Assembly (NCBI GenBank): GCA_012295275.1
Contig: CM022665.1
Span: 36,518,001 to 36,582,000 of the forward strand
From: Chrysomallon squamiferum
Lineage: Eukaryota; Animalia; Mollusca
Length of the DNA stretch: 64,000 bases
Direction of reading: 5' to 3'
The notes beneath the pieces are model-generated. The model was given only the letters and a program-made list of their open reading frames with translations, ran no database searches and was not told the origin of the DNA. Shown piece after piece: positions 36,401-55,302 of the stretch; position 1 is the first letter of the stretch; the number at the start of each line of letters is the position of its first letter. Both the position numbers and the translations under genes were made by a program.

Positions 36401-39400
36401 AAAGAAGAAAACTGTATTTGACAGATGCAAACTGATACACTTCTATAACCAGATTTCTGATAATTCTGGTCTTCTGGAAGCTGGATAAATTGTCTGGTAT
36501 AAAAAGTACATCATGTTTTCTATAAAAACTAGATAAAAATATGTTTAACATGATTAGCAGGAACACTCCATCGCAGAAATACATATCAAGGACAAATGCT
36601 GGAGATGTGGTCCTCAGCTTTGGTGGAACAGATAATGCAGTGTGGACAGGTCAGGGTCAAGGTTGTTCAATTCATTCTTATGATCCTAATACAGAACTGC
36701 CTGAACGCTTCAAGTACATGTTCCAGAAAGTGATAGATAAAGCTTTTGGTAAGTGTTGATGTTAATTACTAGTCAGTATTGGTCAAAACTGAGACATTGT
36801 TGCCTTTATATTGTTAACTGTGGTCCAATAAATGTTAACAAATATTAAAAACATGAAGGAAAGATGTTAGGTGTTACACACATATCATTTCCTGCATTAA
36901 TATATTTGATCAAAACATAATCATTGAAAAAATATCATTTCTGTGGAAGGAATGCCATGACTTTTTTTTATTATATTTTTTATTTTATTTTTATTTTTCA
37001 GTTCTAAATGATCTGATTGATAATATGGCAGATCAGCTGAAGAAAAATCACAAGATTGCAGATTGGGCTCACGTTTCTTTACCAGCACAGGTATTCTGTT
37101 TTAATAATACATTTCTAATTTATGGGATGAGGATGACACATTTCTACTAAATAATCCTAGGTTCTTTTATATGTTTAATCAAGCACAGAACATGTTTACA
37201 GATAAAAACATTGTGTTAACCTGTAAGAGTTAAAAAAAAAAAATACATACATACAGCATAAAAAGAAATTCTATTTCCAGTTTCCTTATTATAAATATTT
37301 ATTTACAGAAACTGAAATTTTAGAAAGTCTTGAGGGGAAGAAAAAAAATGTTGATGCTAGTATTTATATCTAAATTAAATACATCTTTAATTAAATATAC
37401 ACATTGAGATGTATTTTGTTACATTTGTTTGTTTTAGGAGCCAGTCTGTGTTGTGGGACGTGTGTGTTGTGACAGCAATGGCAGACTGAATGCTAAATCA
37501 ATGTTGCTGGAAGGATCACGGGAAACGTCTGGTGGAAAATGTATTCCTCTTGACCTTTCTGAGTTGCCAAGTTTTTCACTGTTTCCTGGACAGATTGTAG
37601 CTGTAGAAGGTGTGAATAGCACAGGAAATAGATTGGTTATCAACAAAATATTTGAGGTAAACATTCATTTTTTTCTTCTTTTTTAAAAGAAAAAAAAAAT
37701 TAGACATCTATTTACAAAAATTCATTGTCACTTTTTATAAAATTATTTCATTGCAAGCTTATTTGTGATTTTGTATTACAATGTTATTAAGCATGTATTT
37801 AATTTACAAATTTATTGCTAGAGTAATTTTTTTTTTTTTAATAAATCATAATTTAAAATAAACAGAAAATGTGTGACATCTACAAAAATATCTAACTTAA
37901 CTTGCAGGTACAAAACTGAATTTATATCATTTTATTTTACTGTTAAACTTGAAACATAATATTATTTACTTTATATTTATTTATTTATTTATTTCTGTTT
38001 CAGAATGTGTGTGTTCAGCCACCATCACCATCTGTGAAGAAAGAATATGGTATTTACATTTCAGAGTCTTTTATGGTCTCTTTATTGTTTCAGTGAAATT
38101 AAAGTTAATGACACCACTTTTTTTTTACTGATCTACAGTTAAAACAAAAAACAACTAATATTTATTAGTCAGTAATTAGCAAATGTGATACTTAGCACCA
38201 AGGTGAAACAAACTTAGTTTATTTTAAAAAGTTCCATTATAAAGTTTTTAAATTTGTTTTCCTCATTCATGCCTCAGTTCCTCTTAGTGTGATGATGGCT
38301 GCTGGACCATTCACAACCTCTGACACTCTGACCTATGACCCCTTAGCTGATTTGCTTAAATATATTTACCGGGATAAGCCTGATTTAGTTATATTGGTAA
38401 GTTTGTATAAAATTTCTCTTTTTTGGCATCAACCTTTGCTGATAATTAAGTATGTCAGTAAGAAAACAAGCTTGTTAAGAAATGTTAAAATGGTGATTTT
38501 CTACCTTCTTTCTTATTTATGCCTAACATGCTGGTCAAAGAAATAAAATAAATACCAGAAAAAATAAATTAAACTGGTGATGATGAATGTTTGTTTTCAT
38601 TTTAAATGCAGATCTGTCTCAATTTCATAAGATATTTACATAACAAATTTAATTAAGCTGTCTAATACATTTATTTCCTGCAAAAAGATGGCCAATTTCT
38701 TCATTGTTCATTTCTGTTTATCTGATTATTTATTATGTAAAATGATTACAAAGATATTTTTTCATTTCATTTATTTGCAGTTAGGACCTTTTGTTGACAG
38801 TAAGAATGATGAAATTGCAGTAAGCTTACATGATTTTTAATTTTACCTGTTCATAAATAAAGACTAATTCAAAATATTTTCAGTTTAAAGCTATTTTTTT
38901 AACATAAAGACAAATACACTATTCTTTTTATATATTGTTTTTCATCATAAGTGATAAATATAATTTTTATTTTGTATACTGATTTAGTAAAGATTTTTTC
39001 ACACTCACTATTACTTTTGCAACAGCATTTTAATTATTAAATTGAAATGTTAAGTTTTGAAGAGCTTTTCTTTTAGTCAGATGGTGTTACTTCTATATTT
39101 GATAGAGAATTATATTTTACTTTGACAGAAATGCACGCTTACATGCAGCTTCACTGATATGTTTCAATCCCAGCTTCAACAGATTATAAGTGTTACTGAA
39201 CGGTATGTTGAATTTACATTGATGTTGTATGGGTTAATTGATATCACAGAAAAGTAAGTTTGTCTTGTATTTTTTTTTATTATTATTTTTTTTTATTATT
39301 GATGTTCTTGTTTTTGGATTTTCTTTTTTTATTTTTTTTTTTTTTTTTTTGTTGTTGTTGTTGGTTCTTTTTTTTTGCTGTTGGAATTTAGATTTCAGAT

Positions 39401-42400
39401 TGCTTGAACAAATTGTTTCTCAAACAGTGCCGTTTAGTGGTGCATAACTAATCCAAACAAAAACCAATAACAAACCTGTAAATTACTAAAAAAGTTGTAA
39501 TTTCAGGAGTAGATTTTATGCTGGAAATGCATGTGGATCAATTCAGTATTAATATTTTTGACTTCATTCATACAAGTAAAACTATAATCATAAGTTTTAA
39601 TTTCTTAGTAAGACCACTGAGACATTTATAGTTATTTGTTGGGAGGGGGTTCTGAAGAAATGAAAAGTTTAACCTTTGGATATATTCTTGGTTCCTTGTA
39701 TTTGGTTCAAGACAGGACATCAGTACATTTCACACCATTTACAATGTTTTGTTTTCTTTCATATTTATTTTAATACTGTCAGAATTACTAACTACTCCTT
39801 TCTCAAAGACACATTAATTATTAGTAACATAACCATATCCCCCTTTTAACTGTGCACCTAAATCACTTAAATGTTTATTATGAGAAGAAAAAAGATTCAC
39901 ACTGTGTGTTTTATTCAGGGCTTTCTGAGAACTAGTTAAATGTGCATGTAGTTTGAAATCTTAAGTGGTTTTAAATAATAACTATGTGTTAATTTCAGTC
40001 AGTAGTTATATATATACATATATATATTATTCCAAGTATATAAAAATGAAAAAAAAGGTAATAATGCAAATACGGTTTACATAGAATTTAAATTTGTGCA
40101 TCCATGATTTCCCTTAAGTAGATAAAAAATAAATATTTAAAAAAAAAGACTAAACATTGCAAATGGTGTGAAATGTATTGATTTCCAGTCTTGTACTAAA
40201 TACGATTACTTTGTATCTTTTTCTTTTCTCCTATTTTTTTTTTTTTTTTTTTTTTCAAATAATGTTATTTAAATTAGATATTCTCATTGAAAACTGAATA
40301 AACCTACATCAGCTGAGGGAGACTAACAACTACAACAACTCTCCAGAAGAAGCTGTTTGGCACAAGAAGTGATCTACAGAGAACAATATCATTTATATTC
40401 ACTGCTGGTCTTGACATGTGGTCAACAAGCAAACAAAAAGAAGAAAAATCAGATATTCCAGACCATTAGAAATATGAATTTTTGTCCTCAAAAGTAATTT
40501 CTCATCGATTTGTTTCAGAATAAACTGCCATCTAGTTGTGGTACCCTCACAGCGTGATATTCATCATGACCCAGTGTACCCTCAGCCTCCTTTCACCATC
40601 CCAAAGATGCAGGTCAAAGTAACAATAAATATTTCACATTATTTCAATATATTTTTTTATAGGCTGTTTCCATCTGTAAGTACAAAGTGGATACATCTTA
40701 AAATAAATGTGAATGTGCACAACCACCACATTATTCAAAATATAATTCATGGAGTTACTGTTAGTATGAAAAAAAGATAACAAGCACATTCTCTGATCCA
40801 CAAAAGTTTTAAACTGTTCTGCAGAATTAACAAGTAGTAATAGTGAAAAAAATTACAGTAATAATAACAGTATGGTATTTTGAAATACAACTAGTAAAAT
40901 ACATTTTATTTTATTTTCTGATTTTCTAGAATGTTCACTTTGTCAGTGATCCGTGCACATTGGTAATCAATGACGTCATATTTGGTATTACATCTACAGA
41001 CATTTTGTTTCACCTTGGGGCAGAGGAAATATCTTTGTAAGTATTAAATCTGCTGCTACTTTTAAGATCACATTTTTAAAATTATATGCACAAATTTTAA
41101 AATTTCCAATGCAATTGGTGTTCTCTTGGGTTGAAAGATTCTGAACAAATTTACTCACTGATACAGATCAGAATATGCCACTTAAGATAAAAATGTATCA
41201 CTAGTTTATAATGATTAGAATATAATATTTTTACTTCACAAAAATTGACTATATTATTTATTTATTTTATTTTATTTTACTTTATTGTATTTTTTTAATT
41301 ATTATTTTTAAGCTTAAAACTTTTGAAATCCTATGTATATTGCTGTTAGGGTAAAGAGAATTTTCTTTTATTTCTCTCATTTAAATTATTTTACAGTCCA
41401 CCTGGTTCAGCTGACAGGCTTGGAAGACTTACTCAGCATTTACTTTTACAACACAGGTAATTGTAATTTATATCTGAGAGGTCAAATGCATTTAAATGTT
41501 GCAAGTTAATAATTAAAAGTTCTTCTTACAAAATAGTAAACAACAGATGAACATTTAATATCATAAAATGTTTCTTGGTTGTTGTTTTTTTTTTTTTAAT
41601 TTTTTTTTTTTTTTTTTCCTTTTCAATGTTGCTGTTATAATGTGGGGAATAGTTTTATGAAGCACATCTGGAAATTTTAGAAAGTTCTGTCCGCAAATTG
41701 CTGAGATCTATCCAGAAACAGAAGACCATTCTGTAAAAAAAAAAACATACATCTGAGAAAATGGAACTTAAAATTAGACAGCATTATTTATTGTCCTTTT
41801 TTTTACTGTACACAGTACCTTCTGAGTGTGTTGAAGGTGATCTTTTCTATGTCTAAGACCTTTCCCACAAATAAATACATGTTTGACTTTTTATTTTTGT
41901 AAGTGTGTATGAAATAGCTCTTATGGTTTCATAAACAATTGTGATGGATAAACAAAGAAGTGTGGGTTTGCAGTCATTTGACACATTTTAACCAATAATA
42001 AAAGTAGCAAAAACAAATTTAAAATCAATCAGATTTGAACTAAATGAAACATTTGATGATTTATAGAAACCTTTATCCAGAATTCACAATAAGAAATAAA
42101 CAATCCTTTCTGAAAAATAAATTGTTGTTCATTGTGGTAATTAACACACATACGTGTAAACTGTGACTAGAGGCTCAATTAAATTTGTAAGTTAATCATA
42201 ACAAATGAGCTCAGAATGAAGGGAGGTGTTTCATCCAGTTATTCATTAATTGGTATTTTTCAACTGCACAACAGTGACCCTGGTGCATGCCCACATAATT
42301 AGCTTTATGTATCCATGTATGCAGTTATGTTATCAACTTAGTGAGTTATCAAATGTAAGTAATACATTGTCGGTGTAACTGTCCAGTTTTCTGAGGTAAA

Positions 42401-43318
42401 GTTTGGATTAAAGGAACAAAATGTGATCAGATCATTATGTCTAAAGAAGAGGTGAAAAAGATTCTAATCACAGGACTAAAATATCAGGTTTAGAGGGGTT
42501 TTTCTATATATATTTATTTATTTAAAGCTATGAATATTTTTCTGATTTTAAATTGCTCCTAATGTTTCTGGTATGAGAACCATTGATAGATTACAATTTT
42601 TTTTATTAAGTTTTGTGTTATTTTTGTTACAGTAAATGTAATATAATGTAATATATATTAATGAAATGCAATGCATTTATACCATACCATACCATACCAT
42701 ACTGTGTTACATTATTTTATTTGGTTATATTTTTGTTATTTTTAGTTATTATCCACTGTATCCACCCAGTGATGAAGTCTCTATAGACTTTGATCACTTT
42801 GAGTTGTCAGGACAAATGCCAGTGAAGCCACATATTCTCATTGTTCCATCAGATCTTCGCTACTTCATTAAGGTATACATTTATGTAAACATTTTTTAAA
42901 AAGTACTCCATTTCCTTTTCTTCTTTTTTTCAAATTTGTTTGAGGGGTAGTTACAATAGTTTTAACCTCATTATATGATATATATATATATATAATAAAA
43001 ATCATAAATGCTTATAATAAATAAACATTACCTCTGAGCAGGCATTTCTATTACAAATTTAATGTAAATAATGTTTTGTAAAGTATCAGGTTACAGAAAT
43101 ATTACTTGTGGGGTTTTTGGGGGCTTTTTTTAAAGTCACAATCCAACTATGCTATTAAGATTTTTTTTCACATCTCTTTGCAGGATATTAAAGGATGTTG
43201 CTGTGTTAACCCAGGACGTTTGGCCAAAGGTCATGTTGGAGGAACATACAGCAGACTTGTAATTACTCCCAGTGGTTCAGAGAATCCAAACATTGCAGCC
43301 CAAGTTATTAGAGTGTAG
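18376..43318 (+). CDS. POLA2: DNA polymerase alpha subunit B (p70/p68), full gene, 17 coding exons, about 593 aa
   Basis: Exons: 18376-18460, 19006-19130, 22490-22578, 22877-22946, 23220-23335, 36561-36748, 37002-37090, 37438-37656, 38004-38049, 38278-38396, 38781-38819, 39129-39202, 40519-40612, 40930-41036, 41397-41456, 42746-42872, 43184-43318. All introns are GT-AG and phase-consistent (1782 nt total). Family motifs: CDSNGRLN, SLFPGQIV, AAGPFTTSD, GPFVD, VPSQRDIHHDPVYPQPP, SYYPLYPP, VNPGRLAKG. Confidence 0.96.
19006..19130 (+). CDS. POLA2: POLA2 exon 2
   Basis: cccag|; LKELCRIYRLDASDIATEWVAFAQS...FERE; |gtaagt. Confidence 0.9.
20402..20630 (-). mobile_element. Decayed dispersed-repeat relic; a second copy lies at 51032-51263
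   Basis: About 230 bp are visibly alignable with the RAD51 intron copy (aagcatttgat.tttaaccata, aaactcagctaat, gaaaggt.tt.caggt). Confidence 0.7.
21127..21417. mobile_element. About 290-bp MITE-like element with imperfect terminal inverted repeats
   Basis: ttcaaacgcagagcttgtttttgccaaa ... tttggcaaaaacaagtcgggtgtttaaa, with a 16-bp perfect core cttgtttttgccaaa region. Confidence 0.5.
22490..22578 (+). CDS. POLA2: POLA2 exon 3
   Basis: tttttcag|; KLSKKPLKVPKTPSRKTSAVIYDINTIEQ; |gtaaat. Confidence 0.85.
22877..22946 (+). CDS. POLA2: POLA2 exon 4
   Basis: ttctag|; GDDDDDDEAVALYESYSTLTPKTK; |gtaaat. Confidence 0.85.
23220..23335 (+). CDS. POLA2: POLA2 exon 5
   Basis: GSQKRQLTPENAPLKR...FSPASFSPA, the SP/TP-rich linker; |gtatgt. 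Confidence 0.9.
23862..27325. repeat. Intronic tandem array 1 of a ~1.16-1.18-kb unit (about 2.8 copies)
   Basis: Near-identical blocks offset by 1175 bp (for example 24732 and 25907). Diverged partial copies at both edges; boundaries approximate. Confidence 0.92.
27499..30685 (+). mobile_element. Decayed Sola (probably Sola1) DNA transposon, about 3.2 kb
   Basis: Imperfect TIRs caagggttagagccagaatgtc...tgcattttt and aaaaatgca...gacattctggcattaatccattg. Flanks ATTT and ATAT both fit the AWWT Sola1 target. Disrupted transposase motifs in order: SFPVLKATYTRQNAKRHFL, GKMYSLYK, FDFEAALP..HYKRILS, HSCSG*NRN, KTGHTH, CDAVYAAIE. Confidence 0.75.
30866..33853. repeat. Intronic tandem array 2 of the same ~1.2-kb unit (about 2.5 copies)
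   Basis: Blocks offset by 1198 bp (31325 and 32523), near-identical to array 1. It ends in the same diverged tail (agaaaaacaaaaca) as array 1. Confidence 0.92.
36561..36748 (+). CDS. POLA2: POLA2 exon 6
   Basis: NTPSQKYISRTNAGDVVLSFG...YMFQKVIDKAF; tagcag acceptor; |gtaagt. Confidence 0.9.
37002..37090 (+). CDS. POLA2: POLA2 exon 7
   Basis: VLNDLIDNMADQLKKNHKIADWAHVSLPAQ. Confidence 0.9.
37438..37656 (+). CDS. POLA2: POLA2 exon 8 (OB-fold region)
   Basis: EPVCVVGRVCCDSNGRLNAKSMLLEG...SLFPGQIVAVEGVNSTG. Confidence 0.95.
38004..38049 (+). CDS. POLA2: POLA2 exon 9
   Basis: tttcag|; NVCVQPPSPSVKKEY; required for phase between exons 8 and 10. Confidence 0.8.
38278..38396 (+). CDS. POLA2: POLA2 exon 10
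   Basis: VPLSVMMAAGPFTTSDTLTYDPLADLL...DKPDLVIL. Confidence 0.92.
38781..38819 (+). CDS. POLA2: POLA2 exon 11
   Basis: LGPFVDSKNDEIA. Confidence 0.9.
39129..39202 (+). CDS. POLA2: POLA2 exon 12
   Basis: KCTLTCSFTDMFQSQLQQIISVTE. Confidence 0.88.
40519..40612 (+). CDS. POLA2: POLA2 exon 13 (alternative in-frame end at 40618)
   Basis: INCHLVVVPSQRDIHHDPVYPQPPFTIPKMQ. Confidence 0.9.
40930..41036 (+). CDS. POLA2: POLA2 exon 14
   Basis: NVHFVSDPCTLVINDVIFGITSTDILFHLGAEEIS. Confidence 0.95.
41397..41456 (+). CDS. POLA2: POLA2 exon 15
   Basis: PPGSADRLGRLTQHLLLQH. Confidence 0.9.
42746..42872 (+). CDS. POLA2: POLA2 exon 16
   Basis: SYYPLYPPSDEVSIDF...ILIVPSDLRYFIK. Confidence 0.95.
43184..43318 (+). 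CDS. POLA2: POLA2 exon 17 (terminal, TAG)
   Basis: DIKGCCCVNPGRLAKGHVGGTYSRL...IAAQVIRV*. Confidence 0.95.
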   Translation, partial: DIKGCCCVNPGRLAKGHVGGTYSRLVITPSGSENPNIAAQVIRV

Positions 43319-44170
43319 CAGACATCTGTGTTGTCTCTTCTTTTAACAATAGTGTCACTGTTATCATCATTCCTATAACTGCTGCTCATGTTTTTATTAC
43401 TGTTCATTAACTCTTTGAAAAAGAAAAAGACACTGCAGGTATACAATCCTTTATATGGAATCTTTTGAGACATTTGTTTTCTAAAATCTGGATTTCAGAA
43501 CAAAAGCCAGCTGACTCAGATTGTAAACTACATATCAAAACAGACATCTTGCTACAGTAGCAAAAGCACATGTATACATACTCACAATCAGTGGGAAAAA
43601 TAAAGAATACAAATGTTATTACAGTTTGTGTATAGAGTAATATACTGGTAAATGAAATAGTGAGATAAGTAAGGCTTTATATAACAAGATGTATATACTG
43701 GGATAATTTAAAACTGCACAATCTGTAAGTAATATTTCTGTTGAGAGACATGCATGTGTTCACACTTGTTTGAATGAAGAAAGACTACAAATGGTATTAT
43801 AGTTTATTTTATATGCTGGAGTAGAGCTGTAAATTGGTTCAAATTAAGTTGTAGAATGGGGTCAATCAGGTTGCTGACAAACGTCTGATGATGGGCCAGG
43901 AATGGTATTCTCAGGTGATGAAGTATGAGTCTGCACACTGGTCAGCTATTTGCAAACGAAAAAACAGAACTTTTTTTTTTTTTTTTTTTTTAGAGCTTTT
44001 TTTTATATTGCTAGGTAAAAGGACTGTGTACCTGTTTTATGTATATAACTTGTTGATTATTTTTTTTTTTTTTTTTTCATGATTTTTATGCTTTAATAAA
44101 CAGTAATAAGGGCTACAGAATGTCTACTTGATGTTTATAATACCTGGAGAAAACTGGTTCTGAATCATAA

Positions 44171-44184
44171 AATAAATATTTATT
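44171..44184. terminator. Candidate bidirectional poly(A) signal between convergent POLA2 and RAD51
   Basis: The perfect palindrome AATAAATATTTATT gives AATAAA on both strands, with a T-rich tract downstream on +. Such motifs are common in AT-rich DNA. Confidence 0.3.
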
Positions 44185-45435
44185 GATAACAGAAACATAT
44201 TTTGTTTGATTTCCATTTTATTTTTATTTTTTACAGAAAACAATTTTTCACAAAACAAATGAAGTATGTAAGAAGAAATGTTTCTGAAGAGGCATTTTTA
44301 AACAGTTGCATAATACAAACCAAGAAATCAATTTGAAATTCATATATCATATTAATAAGAAATTCATTTTAAAGTACTCATTTCACAAGGAAAAATAACA
44401 AATTAGGTAAAAATTGAAATACACTTGTTGCAGATTTGATATTTGTAATAAATCATTTTTATATTCAAGATAATCAAATTTAATCAACAATTATTTTTGT
44501 TTGTGTTAAAACTGGTCACAGACCTATGTAATTTATAATAGATACAACTAACTTAAATGCCAGTGACAACAAATCTGGCAATTAGATTCACATATATAAA
44601 CAACTGTCAAGGAATTGGCAACAGCAAACACTAAAGATTATGGTTAATTACTAAACAAAAAAAGAATTATAACTGATAAATGAAACTGGAAAATGGTCTT
44701 ATTTGTCATCTAGTATTTTAAAACCAGATTTGCACTTGGAAAAGAAAAAAAAAAAAGGAAAAGAAGAAAAAGCATCTAAATTTGGGAATCCATATTATCT
44801 CCAATATCACATTCAATATCTGTCTCGAGTTTTAATGTCATTAGAAATTACATTAGTTCAGCAAAACGTTCTGACACAGAACAAATTAGTTATTTTACCA
44901 TTTTATACAATAGTAACTAACTACAGGTTGAGAATCCTTTATTCAAAATGGTTGGTAGTGGAAGTATTTCAGATTTTGGTATATAAGGAAATAACCTGAG
45001 AATAGGATCCATTTATATTTCATATGCAGTTTATACAAATAGCCAACAGGATTATTTTTAGTCTTTTTATACACAAAATAAAGTTTCATGGAAATCAATC
45101 TGAAAACTAAAATATTTCCACTGCTCAGAAAAATTTCAGATAATGATTCTTCAACCTGTAATCTCTTTTGTATGCATTTTACACATTGAAATTCCTTTCT
45201 ACATAATCTTACAAATAATAACATTTCTGCCATAGTTCTGTTTCTGTTTCTTTCTTCCCCTCTCCACTAAACTCAAATATCCAACAGATATTTTCTATTG
45301 GTTATATATATCCACCATAAAACTTGGATTTCAAATGCTTTCTCAGCTTTTCATTTGAGGAAATCTGTATTTGCATATTAGTCCTTTTGTTTTGTACTCC
45401 CCTCTCAACCTGGACTATATTTCCTTTTTATGTAT

Positions 45436-53451
<8,016 letters not shown>

Positions 53452-53748
53452 ATTTCTAGTTCAGTCTAAATAAATATTAATAGTATTATTACTGTTAATG
53501 TTTGTGGGCAAAATTCTTTAACAGTATAATTATTCCAACTTTTTCAAAATATTTTAATTTTTGGAGTATTTTATACAACTCCAAATTGAATTCGGAAATT
53601 ATTATTATTATTTTTTTTTTTTTTTTTTTTTTTTTTACTATTAAAGTATAAAGAAAGATTTGTAAATTACTAACAATTACAAGAGACTATCTGAAATATT
53701 ATTTCCGTTTTTGAAGTTTAACTTTAATGCTATGAAACAATTACTAAC

Positions 53749-53835
53749 CTGCAAAAGATACAATTATTACTAAACAAAAATATTTTGGTTGTTTACATCT
53801 TTCCAAAGTTTCTATTTCATTCGTATTCCCGCCAT
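53749..53835 (-). promoter_or_regulatory. Putative RAD51 non-coding first exon and promoter with an E2F site
   Basis: Minus-strand donor cag|gttagt at 53748; GGCGGGAA (plus strand TTCCCGCC, 53826-53833) about 80 bp upstream of it. Confidence 0.5.
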
Positions 53836-54350
53836 ATTCATTTTTGTTCTTTGTCATTTCCTCACGCTAAAAAGAGCACTAGAGCACTGAAACAAAATGG
53901 AAGTTTTATTTCGTTCGTTTCTGTACTCAGTTGTTATTTTGATGAAGTCACTATCTTTTCTAAAGGTAAGATATCCATATTTGAACAGCTATATAGATAC
54001 TCAAGGTTTACGCACCTTCCGAAGACATAGTATTCAAATTTGTTCTGAATATGCCTTTGAAAGACAGTTACTACCCAAACCCAGTTTATTATTATAAATG
54101 CTCTTCAAGCTATTGTTACTTTTTAAAACAAAATTAGATAAACATTAGTACGTCTGGTGTAAATTTCTAACCTCAGTTGTTTAGAAACCGTCAAACAGCA
54201 CTATCTGAGACTGAACTGGCTGAGCCTTTTAAGTACCACAAGGCAACTTTTCTTCTTTAATTTCAAGTAAATCCGTGTTTTTTGTTTTTGTTTTTTGTGC
54301 ACATTAGTTAGTAGGAGAATTTTGTGATTGTATTATTTCTCTTTATAAGT

Positions 54351-54405
54351 TGTACGAGTGAATCGCGTTTCGGTACAATGATCTCAAACGAGATTCACCC
54401 GCACA
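54351..54405 (-). other. 55-nt hairpin (20-bp imperfect stem, 15-nt loop)
   Basis: tgtacgagtgaatcgcgttt pairs with aaacgagattcacccgcaca at 17 of 20 positions. Confidence 0.6.
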
Positions 54406-54438
54406 GTTAATCATCAGATTAAGGATATTATCCTAGAC

Positions 54439-55184
54439 CAGTGGTTCTCAAACTTTTTGAAGTTGGGGCACACTCGAAGCCTTACAAAAAATTGCGGGCA
54501 CACTACACACAAAATGTTAAGAAATATAATGCAAAATGTAAAAAAATACAGAAATAACTGAAAGAAGGATATTGCAGCTGAATCGGTTGCGGAACAGGCT
54601 GCCGAGGTTGTCTATCCTGATTGTCTACATCTACGTCAGATTCTTCATCATTTCGCATATAAACGGTTCTTGTCTGGAATCTGTACGATTTGTTTTTCTT
54701 CTGTGAGAGATGTTCACTGATATATTTAAAGTTATCGCCCTTGTGTGAGAGATGTTCACTGATATATTTAGAGTTACTGCCTTTGTGTAAGTATATACCT
54801 TTATTCATCATCTATTTTGTGCTGATGAGAAGTATGAGCCTGACGTGTCTTGGCAATTTCTTTAAAAATATTGCAATATGAAATACAAAGCAATGAACTG
54901 TTAAAATGTCAAAAAACTGTACAAAGGCTATATTTTTAATGGTGTGCATTGTGAAGTGAGGAAAAACTTTTATCAATCTTTTGCTTTTAACAAGCTAAAA
55001 TTCCATAAAATATTAAAGTTTTAGATGGGTAGTGACTGTGACAGTGATAGGAATATGTGTCACAAGAAAATCGGCTATTTCTTACTGGATATCTTTCCGC
55101 CCTTAACATAATCAATTTTTTTCATCACAAATATCTACCTAGATCCTAGAATTTTGTGGGGCACACCCTTTTGAGAACCACTTG
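54439..55184. mobile_element. 746-bp non-autonomous hAT (Charlie/Buster-type) element
   Basis: TIRs CAGTGGTTCTCAAA ... TTTGAGAACCACT(T)G; perfect 8-bp TSD TCCTAGAC (54431-54438, 55185-55192) with central TA; subterminal ggggcacac repeats; internal 42-bp tandem duplication near 54702-54770. Confidence 0.9.
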
Positions 55185-55263
55185 TCCTAGACATTTAATT
55201 TATGTTTTAGCAATCAAATAGTCTGAATACTTGATTTTGATTCTGCATTTTCGTCATCAAAAA

Positions 55264-55302
<39 letters not shown>

